DNA of 64,000 nucleotides from Tubiluchus corallicola (lineage: Eukaryota > Animalia > Priapulida). Under the pieces are notes generated by a model that was given only the letters and a program-made list of their open reading frames with translations, was not told where the DNA came from and did not search any database. Made by a program: the position numbers and the translations under genes. Position 1 is the first letter of the stretch, and each line of letters begins with the position of its first letter. Of this stretch, positions 36,832-50,736 are shown in pieces. The DNA is taken from assembly GCA_030141605.1 (NCBI GenBank), contig JAQGDQ010000025.1, positions 602,907 through 666,906 of the forward strand, given 5' to 3'.

Positions 36832-39800
36832 TTAAGTATAAAAGATTATTTCGGGAATTTGTCCGTCTTCAACAGACGTTCCGTTGTTGTTGCCAGCTGC
36901 ATAGGTGAAGTGGAACATGACCCGTGCACAAGTGGGTGACTCATGGACAATTCTCTGGAGCCCCTTGGTCCCATAATGTGAATCTGGCCCCTGATAACAA
37001 AAATTTGTTTTATTTACAGAAAGATACGTCACCCCAAAAATATGTCTCTGTAAACTTAACAAAGAAACTGCATTCTAAGTGCATTCTGTACAGCTGTTAT
37101 CACTTGAACGTATCACAGATAACAGTCAACCAAATGGAGGTAGATTATTATATATAAAAACTTTTATCTAAGTAAACTCTCAACTCTATCACATCTAATG
37201 CTTATAGTGCTCAAATGACAACTGGCTGGGCTGGAACAAGCAAAAAGCTTGGGCTCAATTCCTAGGCTGGGAATTTTTCTCTACCAGTCTGATGATTACA
37301 ATTCCTTCAGCCAGCTACTAATTAGTAACCTATCTTACTTGCTACAGATGAAGTAACAACATGCACTCATATCTCGGTTTGACGGACCTCGCTTTTACGG
37401 ATATCGGAAGAATCAAACAAAAACTGGACCATTCAAAGTCCCGCATACTACGGACACAGTCCCTAGTTTCACGAGTTGACCGCTAGTTGTTGGGCCATCA
37501 CTTTGTTTACATCATTACATCAGTGTAACCATGTGTATATCTCTATGTATAAAAATATGCAGAGTTACTTGAGTCAATTGCTTTTACATAGCAGCGGCCC
37601 ATACTAGACGTTTTTGAGACAATTATGCAATTGATTCTACATCACCGTGAGTCTAATACACGGCACCTACTGCATTAGCTTAGTATCGGTAAATGCAGAC
37701 AATCGGCAAATTTGGATCGACGTCTCCCCGCTTTTGTCCAGCAAACCGAGATATGCGTGTATTAACATGATTGGTCAATGAAATAGAAATCTCTAAAAGC
37801 AAAGGAAAATGTGTCAATACCTTTAATGTTGCACATGCAGTGTAATTTGTACTGGGTGCAATTTCTATTGGTTTCTTGAACATGACTCTAAATGTTCCGT
37901 TTGTTCCATCACAGGTGAAGCTGGTGTCATTTTGTCCCATGACTTTTTCGGTACTTGTATGAATTATCTGTAAACAGAACACGTGTTTAGCACACTATTA
38001 GAACTGATTAAGGTTTCAGATAGATTACATAAGCAAACTATAGAATACGCAAATCATGGTTTAATGTTTTACACAAACTAGTTTTTCAAATTTCAAAATT
38101 CATAAAATTGAATTACACAAATACTTCAACAGCCTGCTAGGTTCAAATCAAATGCAAATCTTAAATAGTTTACAGACTTCGACATAAAGATACACATCAC
38201 TTTGACATCTATCGAAAATTGTATTTGAATATGTTTTTTATTTTAATTCGAAATAGCTTTAAGGTGAGACAGTCTATCCTTGTTGTGCACTATGCGCATC
38301 TTCTAAATTTTAAATAGAATTTTCATACTTAGCAGCATTTTGTAAGTTACCTGTATATTTACAGCAAATTCAGCAGGACCATGAATTGACCCATATAAGC
38401 CAAATCCAACAACATGGATTCTTTGATCCACTCTAAACCTAAAAATGCATAAAAACACAATGAATTACTTTTAGACAATGGCTATACTGTTTCACATGGG
38501 GTATAGTAAAACATGTACATATAAGTCCATCCAAATATTAGTGATTACCATGACATTTAGAAGTAGCTCTAATTAAACATCTAAATTTGTAAGTATACCC
38601 TAATTTTCAGTCTATACATAATTAATAAAATGTGTCACCTTATAACAAATCAGTGTCATAAATTTGCATAACTCTATACAAGCTTCAATGCTTTCATGTC
38701 AATGACTGAAAATACTACAAAATTCAGAAAAATCAATACTGGAATATCTGCCACGAATATCTTCTGATAAGGAGCATTCACACAAGACATGACGTTCAGT
38801 TTGTACAGAGGGCTGGTATAGACCACACCGACATATTCTACTTTCTCTAGGTGTTATTGGACTATTCCATCGACCAAGCTCAATGGCTAAATTATGATCA
38901 GAAGGTCTCATTCTAGACCACTGAATCCGGTGTTTCTCATTATAACCTAACTTCGTACTATATACTGGACTAGGATCCAAATACGGGTTTCATACACTTG
39001 TATGCTGCAACTTTACTCCTGTTCATACCATTGTGTAGATCACCCTTTCTTTGTGAAATGTCAGCTAGTACCGGGTTTTCACGTAGAGATGCTACTTCAA
39101 ATAAATAATCAGCAAACTGACATCCGAGATGCTACTTCAAAGAAATAATTAGCAAACTGACATCCAAGATTTCTGGCTTGCCGTTAGACGGTTAAGAGAG
39201 GCAAAAGTTTCACTTCTAAACGGAATACCTTACTAAAGAAGTTTAGTCAATTGCTGACGCTTAATACAAGCGCTTATAGATGGTAGCTCAATTTCCAACA
39301 AGCATAACTCATTATGAGTACTGCGTCTTACACCAAGACACACCTTGATGCAGTCCATACCAAGAGTTTTAACTTAGCTCCAGATGTCTTACTCCAGGAT
39401 TTACAGCTGCATAACACCGAAGATGTGAGAGCAGAACTTAAGACCAACTTTTTAATTCAAAATGGACAAGATATACTTCTGTTGATAAATAATTCATATT
39501 TAAACTTATGCTTGAGTTTACCACTGAAATGTCCTAGAAGAACAGATGAAATCAAACCATCATCTGTTAAAAAAGCCCCAAGATAATCATACGTAGAGCA
39601 ATAGTTCACAGATCACCTAGCATCACAGGGGCCCTACATTCCGGAGTACCACTGATGACCATAAATTTAGTCTTCACTTAACTGATGATCATTCCACAAC
39701 TGTTGCAAAATTGCTGCAAAATATGTAACTGTGATAAGCATTTTTCTCTAGAAGAGGCAAATAAAACCAAGTCACCCATCATGAAGAATCTGTTTAACTA

Positions 39801-42228
39801 GTATCACGATCTAATTCTTTTAACTGTCGTTTCAGAAGATTCATGAATAATGTGAAGAGAAAAGGACCAGAGGGAGAGCCTTGTTTTACTCCATAAGTAC
39901 ACATAGCCGTAATGCATTAAATATTTCCTACATTTATAGTTATTGTCTTTTACTTACACAATTCTGTCGCTTGTCCCACTATATCCCCAGCGACTTTCAA
40001 TTTTCTGAAATCTACAAACAGTTTGGTTCTTTCTGGTCATGCAGCAGCGTGGCATGTCTAAAAAGTTGACTGGCGGCTTTGGATTTATTGTAAAATGAAG
40101 AAACAAACTGACCACCTCCTTGTCGGTCAAAACACCAGACTACGAAAAAATACATCTTTTAATCTTAACAATAAAAATAGTGTCATACAGGATAATGCAG
40201 CAAGTGTTAATGGATACATTAAAAAAGCAAAATGTTATGGAAAAAGTTTTCTGAATGTATAAATTTAAACAAAAAAAATTCTAATGAAAACTAGTAACTA
40301 TGAACAAGGTGTGAAAGGATATATATCCATCTAAGCCACTTCTGCTGGGTTAATGGCTATGCAGTCTCTTAGAAGATTATCACTGTTGATGAGTTAGATT
40401 CTAGTTTTGTCACAATCACCTACATTATGACCTCCTGCTACGTAGAGCTAGATGTCGGCTTGCAGAGAGTGAAATTTTATAAAAAAGCTAGCATTTGTTT
40501 AAATCGCCACAGAAAATAAAACCACAGTCATTTTTAACCAAATTAAAAAACCACTGGAAAAATTTCGTTAATACTTAATACAAGGAGGGTTAACAGGATG
40601 ACACAGAGCCAAGAATGAGCGAAATAACTCAGTGACCACAAGGCAAAATTAGCTATGCATTTAAGCACAGGGTGTGGCTTGTAAATAGGTGACCACCAAG
40701 ATAATAGTATTTTGGCTTTTTCTCTCATTGGAGAATGCTTAGACATTATTCTTGATAATGAGGTATACTTGTTCCAAGTTCTGTAACCTAGTGGTAGAGT
40801 TCCCACACTCCACCACATAGGCTCAATATTCACTTCTGGCAGTATCACGTATAAACCTAGCCTGTTTAACTTGTGGAAAGCATATATATACATAAGCAAC
40901 CGAATTGTGGCTGCCAGATCGATGGCTAATGTTAGTTATATCCTTGATAATGAACTAAGATCGATCACAAACATCTCTTTGAGTAGGCCCTGCCCTTAAC
41001 TGCTTCAGGTGTACAGTGTGCCAAATTGCGTAGAAAACAACCAGTTTTCGCACAACCATCAACATTAGTAAATGCTGTTACATTACATACAAAACCAATA
41101 GTGGGTATAAAAACCAACCTGAGCAGGTCCACTAGCAAATTCCTCAATGGTCATTAGAGGGAACCGAATGAGGTGTAAAGCTTGACCAAGCACCTGCCTC
41201 TGGTTATCTGGATTTGCAGTGAGATTACATCTTGCACATTCTGCGATAGACCATCGACTCACAGCAGTGAAAAGTTTTGCTTCGCCAATACGCAGCGTGT
41301 CCCTCTCAAGAACTGAGACCAGGGTTTCCCGATCAATATCGGTAAATCCCTCAGCAGCAAAAGCTTCGACTGTGCTTTTGTCGATTGTTTCCAAACATAA
41401 AGCGGCAAGATGTGGTTCGTCGAACAAACGTGCTTGCGTGAGCAGCATGAAAGCATTATCACTACTCAAATTCTGCTTCAGAAATTCCACGCAGTGCTTC
41501 TCAAGTGCTGGAATGGCATACTTCTTTGCTGTGTAGAGGGTTGTCATAACATTCTCTGGCTCTATCTGTACTTCATCTGAATACAAGAAACGAAGTACTG
41601 CAAGGAATGCAGACGGCTCAACATCTGGGAGCTCAATTTCTGTTTTCATCTTTTCAGCCATGTCGCCATTGAACATTGCATCAAATACTGCGCTGCCCAC
41701 TGACAAAACAAATCTGTGTGCAGGTATGCGTTGAAAATGTGGCTTTTTGCCAACAAGAAAGTGCACGTCTGCCAGTACTTGATTGTTAAACAAAAATGCG
41801 AGTCGTTCTCGACAGGTTGTTTTGCTGGCTTGCCAGTTGTGATACTGGAAATTGTACCACACTGAGTTGTGAGGCAAAGCATTGCTTACATCCTGTGATG
41901 TCCTAGAATCAGTGCTTTGACTGCAAGACTGTCCACATTGAAGCCTGTTGCAAGGACGATTCAAATTACAGAACTGGGTGGTCTCCAACTCCATAAAGTT
42001 TGCAACCTCTAGTTCACCAAAGTTATTAGCAGGCGGCCCACTGGTAGTTACGCCTGAACAGCTCGAAGAAGCCACTGCAGCAACAACATTTTGCATTCCC
42101 ACTTCACCGTCCTGTACATTAGTATTACTGGTTACATCAGATTCATCTGAATGGCTCTGCTCACTAGAAACATTATCATCAAGTTCTTGGCCATTTCTCT
42201 CTGTCTTATCCAGATTGGAGGATGCCAT
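36832..42228 (-). CDS. BTBD2: BTB/POZ-BACK-PHR protein, BTBD1/BTBD2 orthologue, ~561 aa
   Basis: Coding exons are 41119-42228, 39958-40139, 38351-38438, 37821-37967 and 36832-36990. The BTB domain reads [19 protein letters not shown]. The PHR domain has [11 protein letters not shown] and [11 protein letters not shown] (BTBD1/2 type rather than BTBD3/6). The C-terminus is [19 protein letters not shown]. Confidence 0.9.
37364..37759. mobile_element. Tc1/pogo-type MITE in a BTBD intron
   Basis: The 18-bp TIR is CACTCATATCTCGGTTTG / CAAACCGAGATATGCGTG (17/18). It is flanked by TA on the right and TG on the left, which fits a mutated TA TSD. Confidence 0.75.
38620..39780 (-). mobile_element. Degraded non-LTR retrotransposon ORF2 3' fragment in a BTBD intron
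   Basis: It has the C-terminal zinc-knuckle-like segment [10 protein letters not shown]...RICRCG...[11 protein letters not shown] and upstream [12 protein letters not shown]-like residues, with multiple disruptions. Ends are approximate. Confidence 0.7.
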
Positions 42229-42344
42229 TCCACCAGCAGCTTCTCAGTAAGTTTAGATAACGACTACATATATCAAAACCTGGAAAATATGTTTGTTCAC
42301 TTAAAGTGTAGAATTATATCTAACACGTCATCATTTTACCTAAA

Positions 42345-45300
42345 ATTCAATTCAATTCAATTTATTTATTATCTCCGTTAGAATGATAAAAATAAAGTAT
42401 AAAGAATACATGCAATATTTTGAAGCAAAGGAGAAGGGCAGCGAAGAACCCGTAGGTTATCAAGTCAGCCACCCTTAAATAGTTATGATTAAATAAACTT
42501 AATTATGGCATCGTTATCAATTTAAATTTGTATTCGGTTGATGTGTGTTAATTTGGCAATTAAATGATTGGTATCCTAATACTGTAGAACATATAGTTTA
42601 AATAACGAAAGATTTACAATTCTAAAATACTGTGAATCATGCGAAGCAAACACAATAAAAATAACTTGAGAATTTTAAGATAACAGAAACTAAAAAATCC
42701 GGCAAAAAAACAATAAACAGTAGAATGATCAACCAAAGCTGTCAAGAAAAAATATAATAGATTAAACCAAGGAAAAATAAGGCAAATATAAATCATACAA
42801 AACAAAACAAGAAACAGAAGCAAATAAGAAAAAAACAAAACTGAAATGTTGTAATAATAACATCAATGACTGAATTTGTCGAGAAAGAAAATATAATAAA
42901 TTAAACCATCGAAAAACAATTTCAACTGTAAATCAGACAAAATGAAATCAAAATACAACAAAAACTTAAACAAAATCTTTAAGTGTCGAAGCAATGAAAA
43001 AAATATGTATAGTATTACAAGTATATAAGCAAAATGTCTCATTTATTTGTATCCTGCAATAAGTTGTTTTTTATAGTTTAGAATTAACTTTTTGTAGTTA
43101 CTTGACTTTAACTGGTCTGGTAATGAATTCCACAGCAAAGATCCTTGGTGTTTTAAAGAATTCTGGCCTTTAGATGAGTTAAATCTTTCAATAAAATAAG
43201 ATTGGGTTGTAGCAAACCTAGTAGAGTGGTGATGCATGTGACATGCTAAAGTATAATAATTGCTGAAGAGATCTGGAAGTGAATTATTTTTGAATTTATG
43301 TACAAACTTGAGCAATTCTAATTTATACAGATCATATACTTTTAGTAGATTTAGTTGCAAATACAAAGGTGTTACATGTTCCCTTTTGCTAGTAAATGTT
43401 ATAAGTTTGATAATCTTGTTTTGTTTAGAAACCAATGATTTTAAGACCGATGCTGAAGCACTACCCCAGGCGAGAATGCCATAAGTCAGATATGGCATGA
43501 CAAGAGAAGAATATAAGAGCCGTAGTGCATCTACATTTATGTAGTGTCGCATTCTAGCTAATACTCCACTTAATTTGCTAATTTTGTTGACTATATGCTG
43601 AACATGTGTTTTCCAAGTAATTCTACTATCTATAAATATACCAAGATATTTGATTTCTGTTGTAGATTGAATAGTACAACCTCCCATATTTATGTTTAAA
43701 CTATTGTTATGTTGCTTGTTTCCAATTAACATATATTTTGTTTTTTTATAATTTATCGATAGCTTATTTGCTTGCATCCATTTATTAATATTGTCCAGTT
43801 CCACATTTACTGAATGTTCTAATGTTTTGATATTTTGGTGTGATAAAAATAAGTTTGTATCGTCTGCAAACAATCTGGTGTTAAATTGCGAACAAGATGG
43901 CAGATCGTTAATATATAAAAGAAATAACAATGGCCCCAATGTAGAACCCTGTGGGACACCACAGGTTATATCAGCAAGTTTAGAATCCGATGAGTCAATA
44001 GACGTAAACTGTTTCCTATTAGTAAGGTAAGACGTGAAAAGCGCAAGAGGACGTCCCCTGATACCATAGTATGATAACAAAATGTCATGTTGTACCGTGT
44101 CGAATGCTTTCGATAAATCTAAAAATATAGCACAAGTAGTTTTCCCCTTATCAATATTCGCAAGAAAGTTTTCAATTATTTCTGACACAGCTAAAGATGT
44201 AGAATGATTTTTTCTGAATCCAAATTGGAATTTAGTTAAAATTTGTTCTTTTAAAAGAAATTTAGCTAGCCTAGAGTAAATTAATTTTTCAAAAATCTTT
44301 GATATGGGAGATAAGAGAGATATTGGCCTATAATTAGTGGGATTAATGGGAGAATCAGATTTGTAAATCGGGATTATTTTTGCAATTTTCAACACGTCAG
44401 GATAGATACCCTCTTCTACACATTTATTTGACAGCATAGTTAATAATGGAGTAATAATGGACTGTGAAATTTTAAAAAACTGATTTGAGATGTTTTCGGG
44501 TCCTGCCGATTTATTGGTTTTTAATGCAGCAATAGCAGAGGAAACTTCATACTCGATAATTGGCGCAAAAAAAGAAGGAGTTCTGATTAGGCATTCTAAG
44601 GAAAGAATCAAATGTTATTGGAGTAGGTGGTACTTTTTTTACCATATCAGAACCAACCGATGCAAAATAATTATTCATGAATTCACAGATAGCAGGGGGT
44701 TCCGTAATCTCAGCATGATTTATTACTAGTTTAGTTGGAGTTATGCGCTGCTTGTTTTGTCCATTGATCAAATCATTCAATGTTGCCCAAGTCTTTCTAA
44801 TATTAGTTTTATTATCATGTAGTAAAGTACAATAATAATTTCTTTTGGCTAAATTTATGAGATGATTAAGTTTATTAGAAAATTGTTTATATTGATTAAT
44901 TTTTAAGATACTAGTTGTAGTCTTACAGTCCTTGTATAATCTACTTTTAGTTTTCATTGACACAAGAATACCTTTAGTTAACCATGGCTTGGAGAAAGTT
45001 ACTTTTTCAGTTCTTGACAATGTCTTAAGTGGGGCATGTTTATTAAGAACTTCTTGATATATTTGGAAAAAGGTACAGAAGGCAGAATTAGTTGGCACCT
45101 CGGAAAAGTCAACAGTCAACACATCGATCTTATTTTGCAAATCCTCCAGAAATAAAATCATGTTAAAATTCCGTTTATCCCTGATTTTAATTTTCTTTTT
45201 AACTATTAAGTTACCAATATTTTTAATAATAGCAAACACTGGTAGATGATCCGACACTTCATAGAGTATAATACCAGATATAATTGGATTAGATAGATTA

Positions 45301-45625
45301 TTTGTATATATATGGTCAATAAGTGTCTGAGAATGGTTTGTTATTCGAGTTGGTCGTGTTACTAATGGAAAAAACTGATTAGAGTAAAGTAAATTCAAAT
45401 AATCTGCAATAAATGTTTTTTCTTCTATTTGCATAAGATTTAGATTAATATCGCCACAGATATAACAAGTCTTTCCTGACTTGTTAATGGCTGATAATAT
45501 AGAGTCCATCTCGCTGTGAAAATGATGGACATTGGTATTTGGGTGTCGATAGATCACTCCAAATGTGATTGGTTTCTTTTTACCAGGTACTTCAACATCA
45601 AGCCACATATCCTCAACTTGTATAC
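42345..45625 (-). mobile_element. 5'-truncated CR1/L2-group LINE (partial APE endonuclease + RT), frameshifted
   Basis: ORF 44547-45608 carries endonuclease motifs (IYRHP, CGDINLN, TLIDHIY, VSDHLPV). ORF 43043-44611 carries RT motifs (GVPQGSTLGP, FADDT, KYLG). The frameshift is in the T-run near 44570. The element ends in a 3' hairpin, AATAAA and a (TTGAA)n tail at ~42345-42370. Confidence 0.92.
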
Positions 45626-46875
45626 AAAATAGGTGACCATCACTATATGTGAAAGAAATAAAAATACAGGTAGAGCTTTTAGTCGCATATGTTTATTTCT
45701 TTGAGTCGCACAATTACATAAATCTGTTCTGCCAAACTAGCCCAGCTGTGGTAAAATTTAAAAATAATGACATAAGCTGGACTTTCATGACTTTTCGTGT
45801 CACTGCTTTCTCAAAATTGATCACTGTTCAAAGTAACACAAATTTAACTGTCTATGTATTGTTTAACTGTCTTTTGTTCAGACTGCTTAAACTGTGTTTT
45901 GTATTGTAACATCTTGTTTTTTACTTTTCATAGTGTACTATTTTTATTTAATTACCACAAGACATCTTCACTCCTTCATAATGATGTCGCCTGAAAACCA
46001 TGAATTTAGTGTTTTACTAAAATTACACAAAGGGCTTAGAACAATTACACTTGTTTTCGGATTTTGACACGTGTCGCAAACTTTACAATCAATTCAATTT
46101 CAATTCATTGCTCAAATACATAAATATAATGTACACCGGCAAAACACAATACAATATAATGTACATCGGCAAAACACAATACAATGCCAGTGAATTTCAA
46201 ACAGTCTGTCAAATACTGCCATCAATTGCAAAAAAGTAGTTCAGTGCATGTTGTACCTTGCACTTAAATTACGCGAATACCTGTTATTAGTATAGGAGGT
46301 ACAGCGGAATCACGGAATGAGCATATCCTTTTAAGAGCCTTGACTTTTACAGTTTTTCTTAACTTTAACGACGAAGTGTATGGACAGTTTTCTCCTTCAA
46401 GGTTCACACTTCACTAGTTCACATTACAGACATTTGCTGAACAAACATCACCGACTCACTAAGGTTTGAAATATAGATGTTCAAGCCTCCAATCCTGTCC
46501 AGTTTAAATCTCGTCTCGATAGACACTGGAAATGCAATCCTGAAAAAAACAGACCCCATGTTGCCACAATGGCAACAAGACACCTCGTTGTGCTACGCTT
46601 CATGATCGCAGTGTAGCCACCTATTTTGTTCACTTTTTATATTAATAAAGTAAACGAGGAAGAGTGGAGAGGTCCATAAGCTATTTATGCTTAACCTCTA
46701 CCCTTCGACGATAACGGTAATTATTAAATAATTAACGAAAGGCCACTTTCAAATGAAAACTGCATCCGGAACAGAGATGGGCGGATATAACTTTCTTGTT
46801 TATCCCTACTGTCAATATACGCATCCTTAAAATCCGCAGCTTGAATGAAATTTGAATATCTGCGTATCCGCATTC

Positions 46876-47050
46876 GAATTTGAATCGGAAGTGGTGCTGA
46901 CAAGCCACTGGCATAGTGGAGTCTAGTTTTTTGCTGGATTAACTACTGTGTTTACCAGTCTTAAGGGCAGATTTGTTTTATTTTAGAGTTCTGTCCGCCC
47001 AATGTCTACAATAGACGTAATGGGCATATGATGATGATGACGATGATGAT
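46876..47050 (+). mobile_element. Short retroposon 3' end with (GAT)n tail, nested in the hAT element
   Basis: The hairpin GCCCA-AT-GTCTA-CAA-TAGAC-GTAA-TGGGC is followed by (GAT)n. It is flanked by GTATCCGCATTC at 46864-46875 and 47051-47062, which may be a TSD but is also the host subterminal motif. Confidence 0.5.
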
Positions 47051-47405
47051 GTATCCGCATTCCACAATAATGTAGGCAAAAAATTAAATAGGCTGGTATG
47101 TGTGCCCTATTATTAAAAGGCAGTGACTAAAGATAGGGACCCGTATCCGGAACTGCAGCAATTAAAAATAAGGATCCGTGTCTCGAAAGCATTCACTAGA
47201 AAATACGGATCGATCCATACGGCGAACGATATTACGAGAAAATAAGCCGTACCGCGCAAGTTATTGACGAGATAAGGATCGGCGTCGGAGAGGGGTATAT
47301 CAGTTTCTTGTTTATCCGCACCCTCAAATCCACAATTGTAGATTTCCGCATCGCCAGATCCGCGGATTGGGTGAAATTGAATATCCTCATCTTACGTGAT
47401 CCATA

Positions 47406-47740
47406 GATAGGACATATCACGTTGAAAACACCGGTTCGTGTCTGATCACCGAAGTTAAGCAACGTAGAGCATGGTTAGTACTTAGATGGGTGTCCGCCTA
47501 GGAATACCAGGTGCTGTAGGCCTGCGGGATGTCCACACTGTATCTTAACACTAGGCGGGGAGCTGCTCAAGCAGCCAACGGCTAGAGGGCGGAGGAAGTC
47601 AAGTGACCCAACAGGAGTGGAGCCCCGAAGGCGGACCAGTGCAGGATGCTCACTGACTCCGACAGCTCCTGCAGCCAACTTGGTGCCAAACGTCCGCATT
47701 CTTTGGACTACACCAGGGAGGAAGAGCGGAGGCATTACTA
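47406..47740 (+). mobile_element. 5S rRNA-derived SINE (SINE3-like) or 5S pseudogene fused to a GC-rich body
   Basis: 47406-47522 is a diverged 5S sequence (CATATCACGTTGAAAACACCGGTTC...GAAGTTAAGCAACG...GGTTAGTACTTAGATGGG...GGAATACCAGGTGCTGTAGGC). The 5' end is damaged and there is no oligo-T terminator. It continues into a ~220-bp GC-rich body. Confidence 0.75.
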
Positions 47741-48251
47741 AATGAGCATTCTACACTCACAGTGCACAAAAGTTTTTTGACAGGGTCATTGGTCAAAAAC
47801 TCTTCAAACAAACACTTTACATACAGCATAATTAAACACATAATTACAGTAATAATACAGATATTTGAGGCCTTTAAGTGGTCGAAATAGTTCAGTAAGG
47901 AGTTTTGTAACTGTTTTTCGGCATTAAGGATACAAAATTTAGGTTTTAATTCACAAACAGAAATTATTGTCTTCTAATCAGCGAATTAACTACTTTTCAT
48001 GAACTAGCTTTATAGTTTCTTAATATGAAGCGTGGGGTTATAATCGCAAATCAATAATAAATTACTAGCCAGTCCCCAATTTTATTTGTAAACCTTCAAC
48101 AACGAAACACTCAGCACGATACATACATCACTCGATCTAATCATGCCCATCACACCACACCATAAACCATAACAGACTCGAGTAAAAAACTATAATATAT
48201 GTAATTACGAGAAACGTTTTACTTTAGGAATTTCCAGGTGAAATTTGGGAA

Positions 48252-50736
48252 CTATGAACTATTAACTATGAACTATGAATTTTATTTCACACATCAAAAT
48301 ACAATATTGTACACATATATAAACAACAAATAAAATGATTTGAGTAGTGTGAGGTGAGTGTACGACCATACGGTCATTAACACACTCACCTTACTTAAAT
48401 GAAAATGAAAAAATTATTAAAGTTATGCGTGCTTTTGTAGATGACTCAATGAAATTGATGTAATAAAGTAAATGATGTAATACTAGCAAGGAAACATAAG
48501 GAAAACATAATATGTAATTACGATTTTGATATAGGCTGCGATGAATGAATAATTTCATTTAAATTGATTTATACCTTTTACTAATAAAGTAACAAAGGTC
48601 GTAATGGTACCTATTAGTAAAAGAAAAACATTAGTGCAAAAAGACACACGTGCACAAAAAGAGAAAAAACCTCTGGTTTTCTACGCCAATGAATATTTAC
48701 TAAGTAAAAATATCTTATATTGTTTGGTAGCTATTTGTAAAGAAGGAGAGGAAATGATTGTATTGGGTACACTGTTCCACAAAATAACTCCACTGTGCTG
48801 TAAGGTATTTAAGCCATACGCTGTGTTAAATCGTGTTTGAAAATAGTGTCCCATACTTGAAGACCTAGTATAGTGAGAGTGAACATCTTTGATTAAGGTA
48901 AAGTAGTTAGTATATAATTCAGGCAACTGCCGGTTATTATACTTATACATGAATTTAAATAATTCAAGATTATAAATATCTTCTATTTTCAATAAACTAA
49001 GGTGTATGTACGATGGTGTTGCACGGTCTCTGTAATTGGCGAAAGTCATGTATTTAACTATTTTATTCTGAACTGTTATTAGTGGTTGTAATAAGTATTT
49101 TTTTGTTTGCCACCATGACAACACACAGTATTGGAGGTACGGATAGACTAATGCCTGGTAGATCATTTTCAAAACAGGCAAATTAATAAAATGTCTTAAC
49201 TTTGTAAAAATACCAGCTGTTTTGTTTAGTTTTGTTGCTGTAGAGGAGATATGGGTAGACCACTTCATATTGTTGTCAATATGCAACCCAAGGTATTTTA
49301 TACTACTACTTTGTGTTAAAATTATGTCGCCAATTTTGAGTTCGAAAGTGGAAGAGTCTTGTTGTGAAAGGTTCCTACTGATTAACATATACTTAGTTTT
49401 AGTGTAATTAACAGTTAATTTATTTGCTTTCATCCAGTCATCAATCTTTTTTAGTTCGTTGTTAGTGCGATGTTGTAAAGTTGAAAGGTTATTAGATGTG
49501 AGGAAGAGACTTGTATCATCAGCAAAAAGATGAGTGTTAAAATTAGTAGCAAGAGGTAGATCATTGATATAGATCAGGAAAAGCAGTGGCCCAAGAGTTG
49601 ATCCTTGAGGTACACCACAGTTTATATCTAGCAAATCAGAGCATCTATTGTTAATAGTGGTGAACTGTAGTCGGTTAGTTAAATAAGATTTAAGGAGTTG
49701 CAAGACAGGGCCTCTGATGCCATAATAATGTAATTTATGTAGTAGAATATCATGCTGGACTGTGTCAAAAGCTTTAGATAAATCTAAGAATATTGCACAA
49801 GTGAAAAGTTTTTTGTCTAAATTTAGAAGCATATTTTCAACAAATTCGGAAGTAGCTAACGAAGTGGAGTAAGTTTTGCGAAAACCAAACTGAAATTTTG
49901 TTAGTATATTACAAGAAGTGAGAAAATTGTTAATGCGATTACAAATAATATTTTCAAAAATTTTGGAAACTGGTGACAGTAGAGAAATTGGACGATAATT
50001 TGATAGGTTGTTTGGCGAATCATCTTTATAAAGTGGTTTGACTTTAGCTACTTTTAGACAATTAGGAAAGGTTCCTTCAGAAACTGCCATATTAAACAAT
50101 CGAGAAAGAACTGGGACAATTAAATCAGTTGCTAATTTGTAAAATTTGACCGGGACATTTTCTGGGCCAGGTGATTTATTTTCATTAAGTTTATTAAGAG
50201 ACAACAATATTTCAAATTCAGAGATAGGATAAAAGAAGACAGATTTATCATTTGGAGCATTTAAGAATGATTGGTAGGTCTTCAAAGTGGGTGGGATTTT
50301 ATTGGCCATATTACTACCTACAGACTGGAAGAATTTATTAAATGCATTAGCAATAGAGAGATAGTCACTTGTGGTATGACCATTGTTATCTAAATAGGAA
50401 GGGGCAACTTGTGTTTTACTTTTAATTTTCAGTAGGCTGTTAATCGTACTCCATTGCTTCTTAATATTATTTTTGTTTACAGCAAATAAATGGTGATAAT
50501 ATTCTCTTTTGGATTTTTGTTTAACGTGATTTAGTTTATTTGAATAAGTCTTATAATAATCCTTTTTGTAAAGCGAATTAGAAAGTTTGTGAGATTTATA
50601 GAGCTTGCTTCTAGTTCTGATTGATTTTAAAATTCCGGGTGTTATCCAGGGTTTTCGAAAGGATATTGTTTCTCTTTTACTAAGTGTTCGAATCGGGGCA
50701 TGTTTATTAAGGGTGGTTTCAAATGATTCCAAGAAA
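48252..50736 (-). mobile_element. 5'-truncated CR1/L2-group LINE with an uninterrupted RT frame, nested in the hAT element
   Basis: The open frame 48681-50732 (683 aa) contains NYRPISLL, DLSKAFDTV, GVPQGSTLGP, FADDT and KYLG. There is a 3'UTR hairpin at 48352-48391, AATAAA and a (TCATAGT)n tail. The candidate TSD TGGGAA is at 48246-48251 and 50737-50742. Confidence 0.92.

Noticed and set aside
47406-47522. Functional 5S rRNA gene
   Set aside because: The 5' end is damaged, there are substitutions in paired regions and no oligo-T terminator, and it is a single copy inside a transposon.
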